DNA of 63,518 bases, counting the filler, from Sluysia triapertura (lineage: Eukaryota): NCBI GenBank assembly GCA_046118255.1. It is 5 parts of 5 records of this genome, joined end to end, with 100 filler letters (N's around TTAATTAATTAA, not from the genome) between each part and the next. Parts side by side here need not be neighbours in the genome. Positions count along the whole stretch, not along the records: positions 51,999 to 63,518 come from JBJNIA010183835.1; 4 more parts are not named here. One strand, written 5' to 3'. The translations under genes and the position numbers were made by a program. Positions within the stretch are counted from its first letter, which is position 1; each line of letters starts with the position of its first letter. Positions 54,095 through 63,518 of this stretch are shown here, piece after piece. The notes beneath the pieces were generated by a model. It had not been told where the DNA came from. It saw only the letters and a program-made list of their open reading frames with translations, and did not search any database.

Positions 54095-54305
54095 ATTTCT
54101 ACACCTATTTCGCTTCTGCCATACTTTTTCCTAGAAGAGCTACTGATTCCCATTTCATCAACAAAAGTAAGTTTGATTTCATCTTGACCTAGCAAAAATC
54201 AAGCATATTCATTTCTTCTGATAATATTTCATCTGTATTCCTTGCACGTGGAATACTGTAGTTAAATGATCCAATTGCTACATTTATTGTTGAGATGGAT
54301 ATTTC
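54095..54305 (-). mobile_element. IS630/Tc1-type (DDE_3-like) transposase fragment, frameshifted
   Basis: EISISTINVAIGSFNYSIPRARNTDE...LTFVDEMGISSSSR...YGRSEIG fits the SxSTIxxxI..F.YS..P..RN...IFVDExG...YGRS..G pattern of IS630-like eukaryotic transposases. Confidence 0.6.
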
Positions 54306-56251
54306 TAACGAAAATGTCAATAAGTTTACGTTTACTAAATTCAATAATTTAATTTAAAAATTTAATCTAAAATTATTTTTTCAAAATAAAATTAAAATCA
54401 CTATTATTGAGATTAAAATACTTTTATATTAATTTAAAATGAAATTGCATAGAATTAATATAAATTTAAAAATTAAAAGTGTATAAGTAATTATTTTAAA
54501 GTAGGATTCAATAAATATAATATGAAATTAAAATTTATGATCATCAAAACTCACTATTATACTCAACAAATCATTTTAAATTAAGAATTTAAATGATTTT
54601 AAATCATTTAACAGTGATATGAAATCCAACTTTAAGAGCATAAATTTCGATCAAAATTAACTTGAATTAAAGATTTGATAGAATAGACAAAATTATATGT
54701 ATTCAAAATTTAAAAGAATTTATATCGGTAAGAATCATCCTAAATTTTGATTGAATATAAATAACATAAAATTTAAATTTAATAGCATATAGTTTGATCA
54801 TTATTCAGTATGTATATATTTATTAGTATTAACAAATAATTATTATTGTAATTTAACCATTAGCATATGAACAACAAATAATTATTAATAATCATTGATT
54901 TGACCAAGTATTAATTTGATTAATTGAAAAATTATATTATTGGTGTAATTAGTCCACAAAATATATATAAATAAAACAAAACACAATAACTGAACAATTT
55001 TTTAATGTTTTTGGTCGATATTTTGAAATAATCGAGTTAAATATTTGGTATTTGGTAAATAATCGAGTATTTTGGTTAAACATTTCGTCAAATATCGAAT
55101 AATTTTATTCATCGAGATTGAACATTTTGATTGAATATTCTGGCAAATATCGAATTGAAGCAGAACATACTTATAATTTATCTGAGCAAGTAATAGTTAT
55201 TTTGAGCTCGCGTATTTTGTAACTATATAATCATAAATTAAATAATTGTTTTTGATCATATTTTATCCATTAAGATGTAAAAGTTGTCACCGTTTAATTT
55301 ATTTGAATAAAGTAAAAATTATAGTTTTTTTTTAATTCTTAATTACAAAGGGATTGAAAGTAGAAATTAAGATTAGGTAGTTACTACAAAATTAAGGATA
55401 ATATAAAGCACATTTAGAAATCCAAAACTTGAATTAAGATTTCATAAAGCGAATTAGATACGTTTAATAAACTAAAGTCTTTTCAACAATATTAAAAATA
55501 TATTTTAAAATTCGAATAAATAAACCCTAAAGAATTAGAACTCTTGGTAAAGGGTAATCAAGTAAAAACAAATCAAGTTTAAAGAATTCTTTCTAAAGAA
55601 AATTATTAAAAGGCACTTATATCTCGAATAACTGTGACAAGCATTCGAGCTTACACTTCCAGATAAGATAAACATAATAGACAAAATATAGATCTTGCTT
55701 ACGTAGTTAATTGACAGAGCAAATTTACATTAATAAAAGATTGTAAAGAAGTTTAGATCATTGCCAAAGAATAAGAGTGCATTACAAACACGTACAAAAC
55801 TTTAAAATATAAAATAGTGTTCTTATACATTCAATTTTACAAAGAACCATTTAAGACAATTTTTTTAAAATTTTTACAGACCTAATACTGCAGTTCTTTT
55901 TAATAAAAACATGTTTGTTAATTAATGCACTGAAATTATTTATGAATGAAGTTACATTTGTAGATCGAATGTTTATTTCAAACCCAATATCTTGATGTAC
56001 ATATGACCAATAATTTATTTCGATATTTTAGAAAGCTTGTATCCAATCCGATATCTCTCTTTTCCCTTCACTCGAAAAGTAATAAAAAAATAAAATGTTT
56101 CTAAAAGTTTCAAAGTTCTCTCAGTTCTTTAAAATTCACAAATACGTGTGTTTTAATCTATACATCCATTTGACGTTGTAATAACTTTGATTCTTCGACA
56201 GTTTATAGCATTAATTTTCGAACATAATTAAATTACTTTTGCACAATTTCT

Positions 56252-57275
56252 TTAATAACTTCTAAGGTGGACGAGAGATATATAACAGCAGTAGTCTTGT
56301 TGGAAGATCCAGTTTCGGCCTCCAATTTGACCTGCGAGGGGAATGAGGAAGTCATTGAGTGTTTGAATATACTTCTGTGAGTTTTGTTTACCGTCTAAGA
56401 ACACAGTTTCAATTTTCCCATTCCACCCAAAGGCTGCCCATACCATCACCGAACCACCTCCGAATCCACGTTTTTTGAAGTTCTCCGGAATTGGCATCCA
56501 TCGGGTCCATCATTATTAAATTTTTTCTCGTCACTGAATATAATTTGATGCCATTTTAAAATCCATGATATGTATAATTGTGCCCAGTTGACGCGTGCTA
56601 ACATTTGTACTGCTGTGAGTTTTGGTTTGGGCTTCCTCTGCTCATATCTTAAGTGTTGGCAGTTGTCTACAACCTTTTGGACAGTTTTTATTGAATAAGG
56701 AAGCTGATGGACCAATTTAATCTGATTTCGAGACATATTTTTGTCAGTGACGTCACGAAGAATGCTCCTTTTGTCTCTCGATGTCAACTTTAGTTTCGCC
56801 CTCTTCTTATTTTTTTGCCATAATTCTCGGGATCTTGAAGAAATAACTGATTGTGCTTGCATCTCTGTTAAAGCGACGTCCAATTTCTCTTATTCCCAAA
56901 TTTGCATCTCTGTAGGCCAAGATTTGTCCAATTTCAATAGGCAATAATTGTTTCCCCTTTGGCATCTTAAAATAATTTTATTTTATTTATATAATAACTA
57001 ATAAAAATATTAAATAAAATTAATTACCTCTGATTGACTAAAATTGACTAATTAATTAATATATTAAACTTTAGAATGGTGTTATAATTTTGTCACATGT
57101 AAAAATCACATTTTATTTTTTAATTCAAATATGGCAGAGTAATTAGGTATTCATTTTAATAATATTTTAATTGTTTTCATATGTGCTTCTAATAATAACA
57201 TCAGAAATAAATATCATTAATAATTAATTAAAATAAAACAAAAAACTACCGTTGTTATATATCTTCGGTCCACTG
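56252..57275 (-). mobile_element. Tc1/Tc3-like DNA transposon remnant with frameshifted, 3'-truncated transposase
   Basis: ATG at 56965: MPKGKQL...; then WHQIIFSDEKKFNNDGPDG, GFGGGSVMVWAAF and WIFQQD, matching Tc3-type motifs. Terminus TA|CAGTGG at 57277-57270. The last DDE glutamate region is absent. Confidence 0.9.
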
Positions 57276-57279
57276 TACA

Positions 57280-57715
57280 ACTACTACTACTATTATCATT
57301 ATTATTACTACTCCTTCTACTACTACTATTATTATTACTATTACCACTACTACTACTAATACAACAACTAGTACTACTACTTTTACTACTACTACTACTA
57401 TTATAATTATTATTACTACTACTCTTACTACTACTAATACTATTATTACTATTACTAATNNNNNNNNNNNNNNNNNNNNNNNNNNNNNNNNNNNNNNNNN
57501 NNNNNNNNNNNNNNNNNNNNNNNNNNNNNNNNNNNNNNNNNNNNNNNNNNNNNNNNNNNNNNNNNNNNNNNNNNNNNNNNNNNNNNNNNNNNNNNNNNNN
57601 NNNNNNNNNNNNNNNNNNNNNNNNNNNNNCTATTACTACTACTATTACTTATACTACTACTTTTACTAGTACTACTACTACCATTATTATTATTATTATT
57701 ACTATTATTTTTTTA
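57280..57715. repeat. (ACT/ATT)n low-complexity tract spanning an N gap
   Basis: TAC/TAT triplets on both sides of the gap 57460-57629. Confidence 0.85.
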
Positions 57716-57872
57716 CTATTAAATAAAATTAATATAAATTTGTTACTTGTATCCAAATCATACGACGCAGCCCCCGTCTGTCACTAGTCAAATAAATAAA
57801 TAGAAAAAATATCTTGTGTTATACTGTTTCATTAATAATAATACCACTACTAATAATACTTCTACAACTAAC

Positions 57873-58160
57873 ATTTCGTCTTAAATTCGCATTGTGATGA
57901 TTCTCTGCATTTCCAAAACGATATCATCCGGTTCCAAATTGATGTGGGAGTCATTACTAATTTGATATTATATGACGTGTTCAGATTGAGATCACCAATG
58001 CGAATAACTGATCCATTCACATTCGTAACACTGTGTCTTTCAATTTGTCTTCTTTCTTTGTCTTCCAAATATGCATGAGAACATCGAAGAGCAGACGAGT
58101 AACACGAATAATCTATGTGAGCGTAATTCAAGCCTGCTTCAACATTTGTAATTTGTGTAC
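57873..58160 (-). CDS. Fibronectin type III-like exon (96 codons, phase 1-1)
   Basis: IRIGDLNLNTSYNIKL...FKTK. Bounded by TTTAG| and |GTTAG, 288 nt; same FxTK-T|GTTAG ending as the 61648 exon. Confidence 0.55.
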
Positions 58161-60319
58161 CTAAATAATAATGATAATAATAACGATAATAATAAGGAAA
58201 AGTTCGTGCACCCAGTTAAAATCAATCATCTATTCTTTGCCAGGTTTCGGACTGCGTCAAAGTGCAACTTCTTCGGCTCTGAATCGAAAAGTTCTAAAAG
58301 GCTATTGGGAATCGTAATTTAATAAGTTTCCTTAATGCAATATTGGTACAATAGTTTCGATTAAGTAAAGGGTTATAATTATAAATCAAGTTGATGTTGA
58401 CCATATCGTTATTATTACCAAGAGAGTGCTTAAGGCACTTAAAATTTTCATTTAATTCATGAAAAATAAAATAACGAAAACTCATTATATTAAATTCCTT
58501 CTCCATAGCAACTCTTGTTTGACCATTTATAATACTAGATTCGATGCTCGACAGTGAAAACATACTTATGTTCTCAACGAGATAGGGCAACTCGAATGTA
58601 CATGGTACCCTTCTAACGAAGACGTATTGTGCCCAATAGATTTAGATCGTAAAACTTGAACCGTATTATTGCAGGTCATAACAGTTCGTCTTTTGCTTTC
58701 ATGGGTCTTTAGAGCCGCTGACAAACAGTTTGTTATAAATAATTTAAGTTTTTATTATCATCGCAAATCGCATATTGGTTCTCATTTCTAAGGATAATGT
58801 CTTTATACTTATGTTCTAAAACTTTATTTACATATACGCGGGTGACCCAATCTCGTTGTTCATCTGAATATAAAACTTGATAATAAAAGAATAAAAACAG
58901 AGACATTTATAAAATATAAAATTTGAATTCAAAACTTTAGTTTCACTAAAACCAGCATTTGGTAAGGTGCGGAGTCGGCGTTTCTGACATGAGAACGTAT
59001 TAAACAATCTCTTTCTTACTAACTAAACCATGCTTATTTCCCATCAACACTTTATTAACATTTTCGCTAGCATATTGTAAATATGAACATTACTTTATGT
59101 GAATACTTTATTATTGATTTTCGAACATTACTTTATGTATACTACATAATTTACTTATTTTTATAATATACAAACATTTATAAACATAATTTATTTTAAT
59201 TGATTTAGAATTATTGATTTTTGTTTTATGAAAATAATTATTAATTTAAATTATTATTTGGAAATTGTTACAATAAACATAAGGTAATATTTAATATTTA
59301 TTTAATATTAATATTTAAATTTAAAACCTTTAATCTATTTCATTTGTTTATTAATACGTTTAATATTTAAATTTTAAAAAATGCTGGAAACACAAGGTCG
59401 ATATGAACCAAATATAAATACCCTAACATTTTCATATAAAACACACAACAAAAAATACTACAAATTCGTTACAGTTGATTTTTACCACAGAGACACAGCT
59501 TTGACTTCAAATCGATCTTGATTGTTTTTCTAGATTTTTATTCTAAAATTTTATTTTTTATTCTTAAAATTTTATTTTAAGGTCCGATACTATTACAGTA
59601 TCCACGTAAAAACCACTAAAAATCCATTATTATTTTTATAGAGATCTTATAATAGATCTGAAGTAAAATCAGTAGTAAAATTTCATTAGATATATTAAAT
59701 TTCCTTGTAATATATCTATTTCATTTTTATTTATATAACATTGTACAAATTAATAATAATGTAATAAAATTTTTAAGAATTTAGTTTTTTCATTATCGGG
59801 TAGTTTTAAATATAAAATCTTCAGAAAAATAAAGATTTCAAAGATGAGAATTTTAATCTAATCTCTAAAACTCATTTTTTATAGATCATTTTCATAGGAT
59901 CTTCGTAAAATACTGCATAAATTATGTAATTAAATAATTGCTTTAATAATTTAGAAACCTTCACACTAAAGATAACTTATAGACCTCCTGAACGTACTAA
60001 AATCGAGAATCAATAATTGTTAAGCTAAGATAGCAGAATCACGCATACTTTGGACAGTTTACTGTATTGAAATTACTAAATTTGAAAATTAACAGTAAGC
60101 CAAGAATATACATTCTTCATACACAACATTAATTAAAATACCTCCACAATTAAATTGGAATTAACAGTCAAGGTATTAAGTAAAGAATACCCTAACAAAA
60201 AAACTACACTTTAGACAATTTTTACTTTAAAATCTTTTATCTACAAATCTAACGGCTAGCCCTAATTGGTAAGCCTAGTACGTTGGTGAACTCACGTTAA
60301 AACTATTCTTTATTCTAAA

Positions 60320-60559
60320 ATTCTCACAATATTTATCAACTTCATGTAACCGATTACGAATATTGTTGTAGGTCATCTGATCAGTAACATCATAAACAAT
60401 ACTATGCGGACCACGAGAATACGAAGATGTTGTACGTAATTGTTCTTGGCTAGTTGCACCCGAAATTTGTAATTTGACAGTTCCTTCACCAAGTTCAACC
60501 ATATGAATTTCAAAATCCACTCCAATTGTACTAACACCACTATCTGTACAAGTGTCGTC
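60320..60559 (-). pseudogene. RAB1: Rab1-derived degenerate fragment inside a longer chimeric ORF (60275-~60778)
   Basis: DDTCTDSGVSTIGVDFEIHMVELGEGTVKLQISGATSQEQLRTTSSYSRGPHSIVYDVTDQMTYNNIRNRLHEVDKY vs Rab1 [80 protein letters not shown]. No P-loop, WDTAGQ lost, no NKxD. Confidence 0.85.
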
Positions 60560-61647
60560 AACTTCAGAATCACTTTCGGATTCTATCGAGGCTTTTAAAC
60601 AATGTCGTTCAACCATGCGGAAATTTTTGATTTCATGCTTACCAGCGACGAATTCGACTGTTGCACCGTAAGTTTTTAGTTTCAAAAATTCTGGATTGAA
60701 TTGATGTCTAACGAATCGGCTAGCATCTAGTTCTTTTTTGAATTCTTCATCCCGTTCTTCTTCTTTAAGTTTAAATTGACATCATTGAGCATGTATTTAT
60801 TATCTTTTTCAACAAATCCAGATTAATTAATTAATCCAACAAAAACCATTAAAGTTTGTCTAATTAAATCAAATGCAAATTTAAATGGAGATCTTAACTG
60901 TACTAAACTTAAAATTACTAAAATCCTAAAAAAATATCAATTTCAAAATTTTTCTTTTTCAATGGTTCTTCTCTTTTTACTTTTCTTTTAAATCTTTAAC
61001 AAGTCTAATATAATTTTACCATAATAACTTCTACTTTTACAGCAACAATAAAAAACATTTTAAGAAATCGAAAAATTACAAAAAAAGATGAAAATACCCG
61101 GTGATAATGACGATATGGGGACAAAGAGTAGTGTATTAAAATGTAATAAAACGAATTTTATTATGCATCTGTATTTTATGGTGATGAAGGATGTGATAAT
61201 GCGAATATTATGTGATTTTTGTGATGAGGCTTATGTAATTTGTTATTGTGGTATATATTATAGGTATAAGTTTGCGGCTGGACCACCACATCTTCAACAT
61301 CTTCGAATGACTCAAATCGAAAGAGGCCATAATCTGAGGGAACACAACCGTTCAATTATTCACGCTTGATGTTGATCTTTCTGGTCTTTCTACCAACAAC
61401 ACGTTCACGAGCGCACATTATGCTCGATCAAGTTGTTCGAAATAAAGTTTGGAACAATTTCAAAATGAAAGAAATTTTACACTAATAATAACAGAACAAG
61501 CAACAGTTGTGCAACATTAATCTATTTTTACGTGCTACTTTTGAATTCTGTGAAATACATTTATTAGATTAGTAAATCGATGGGAGAAGTGCACGAACAA
61601 AGAGAATTATAATGATAAACATCAAATAATTTAATAGCCTCACTAAC

Positions 61648-61896
61648 ATTTGGTTTGAAAATGTATGGTTTTAGTTAACATGGTTTTAGTTTCAACATGT
61701 TCAACTTCCACCGCCAGCGAATAATCGGTACCTGGTTTAAGGTTTCCTATTGTGATATTTTTTTCCACAATTTTAATTTCTATAGACTTATCTACATCGT
61801 GGAAATTGACGAAAATGTGTGCTTCTGAAGTTTCTTCGTAATTATGGATCAATACAACCTCATTTGATGATATTGATTTAACTCGAACTTGGAATT
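61648..61896 (-). CDS. Fibronectin type III-like exon (83 codons, phase 1-1)
   Basis: ITIGNLKPGTDYSLAVEV is the FN3 LxPxTxY motif. The exon is bounded by TATAG| and |GTTAG and is 249 nt long. Confidence 0.65.
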
Positions 61897-62868
61897 CTAT
61901 AATAATAATGCGAAAAATTATAAAATTAGTATAATGATTATTTAACCCATTCACTGCCAAATCTAAATTGTATGACGTTATTCGCTTTGCCATTTCTGTT
62001 TTGAGTGTTACTATGTTTATTTAAGTTTTATTATTTCAAGATAAATACAAACATTTTAAATTTTTCTAATAACAATATATTTGTATCCCTTTTTTTCCAA
62101 GTTGTTACACTTGTCTATTCATGTTTGTGGCGGAGCTCCACAAGTTGTAATATATTGAAAGTGCCACGAGTATATTCGTGGTTGGCAGCGAATAATGGTT
62201 AAAAAGGATAAATAATGTTGGTTTGTTCGATAAATTATATTTAAAAATTATTAATAGAAAAATAATACATTTTAAATGAATGCAATGGATAATTAATTGA
62301 TGTATCCATATTTACTGAGTGGATCTTCAAAATTAGAAAATGAATTACGACTATCGAAACGAATAAATTAATGGAATTTTAATGGAAATGTGCATGTTAT
62401 TTTGGATGTTTTAATGAATAAATTAAATAAATAATGCGGTTTTATTGGATACAACAAATTTAACACAAATATTTCGAGATATCGATAAGATCAATTTCGA
62501 TCGACGATATTCGGTATATTGTTCACACCAGATCGAGAAGACTATAAAAACACGTTTGGATCGTAGTACTACTTCGATTAGCTATTCATATTCGAGATCG
62601 AATTGGAATTTAATTTGTCAAAAAAATTTTACATTATATTTAAAATAAAATACCTAGCAACGAGACACAAATAACTGCACTTCTTGATAAAGGTCGCATT
62701 GAATTGTTACTTGCTTCTGTGCTACTGATCTGGAATCGATCTATGTCAAATAACTATCTACGAATTCTATTTACCATCAACACGATGCCCCTATTCCAAT
62801 ATGTATTGAAAGGGTATTAAATGTGACATCTGATGTCTGTCTAAACCACTAAGTTTCATTATGCTTAC

Positions 62869-63036
62869 TTCCCATAATGGCGTCTCACTGAACCTTGAGA
62901 CGGTAATTACTCGCTGACCAGACGTAAACCAAGCAGAAGTAACACACACAGTGCACACTATGATAAGTGCCCACACAAAAACACACGCAAAGAAATTATT
63001 GATCAATAATGTACAATGAAATGGAAAAATACTCAT
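62869..63036 (-). CDS. Possible first exon with signal/anchor hydrophobic segment
   Basis: ATG start, FFACVFVWALIIVCTVCVTSAW, then a GAA|GTAAGC donor; lies upstream of the FN3-like exons on the same strand. Confidence 0.35.
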
Positions 63037-63184
63037 AATTCATTATATTATCAGTAGTACAAAAATTATTTTATGAGCCAATAAGATTGATTTTTATTAA
63101 TGATGTTTTATAAATATTCTAGTTCAGCAAAAATTGACACTATTGAAAGAAGACTATTACCATAATTAAAATAAATTGATTAAT

Positions 63185-63518
63185 TAAGTATGATTATATT
63201 ATTTCAAGTATAATATTATGTCAAGTATAAATGTATTATATCAACTATTATTATATTATGTCAAGTAGGATTGTATTACTTCAAGTATAATATTATTTCA
63301 AGTATAATATTATTTCAAATATAATTATATTATTATAATATTATTATATTATTTCAAGTATTCTTATATTATTTCAACTATTCTTATATTGTTTCAACTA
63401 TTACTACATAATATCAACTATTATTATATTATTTCAAGTATTATTATATTATTTCAAGTATAATAATATTTCAAGTATTATTGTATTATTTCAAGAATTA
63501 TTATAATATATTATTTTA
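63185..63518. repeat. Degenerate ~17-20-bp tandem repeat
   Basis: Recurring TATTATTTCAAGTAT units continuing to the end of the window. Confidence 0.8.

Noticed and set aside
60630-60690. KTYGATVEFVAGK resembling eRF1 C-terminal KKFGATLEIVTDK
   Set aside because: Too short, and the following GFGGIGGILRY motif is absent.

Overview
Very AT-rich eukaryotic DNA, most likely from a ciliated animal with short GT-AG introns; it is not prokaryotic. Four identical 100-nt spacers (44 N + TTAATTAATTAA + 44 N) split the window into five pieces of about 11-15 kb, so adjacency across them may be artificial. The best-supported genes are three exons of a tektin (TEKT4-like) and an intronless ankyrin-repeat gene nested antisense in one tektin intron. 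The most interesting signal is not visible in the ORF track: three diverged, partly disabled paralogues that each carry one C-x9-C-x6-C-x3-H zinc finger. All three have a short intron at an equivalent downstream position, and two share an upstream palindromic motif block. The rest is repeat-rich and decayed: Tc3/Tc1, mariner, pogo, piggyBac-like MITE, IS630-type, hAT-like and Gypsy gag remnants. There is also a degenerate tRNA-Ala copy, a Rab1-derived fragment lacking catalytic motifs, tandem RNase H1 hybrid-binding domains, FN3-like phase-1 exons and several tandem repeats. No CRISPR array or rRNA was found. All homology calls come from motif recognition by eye; no searches were run.
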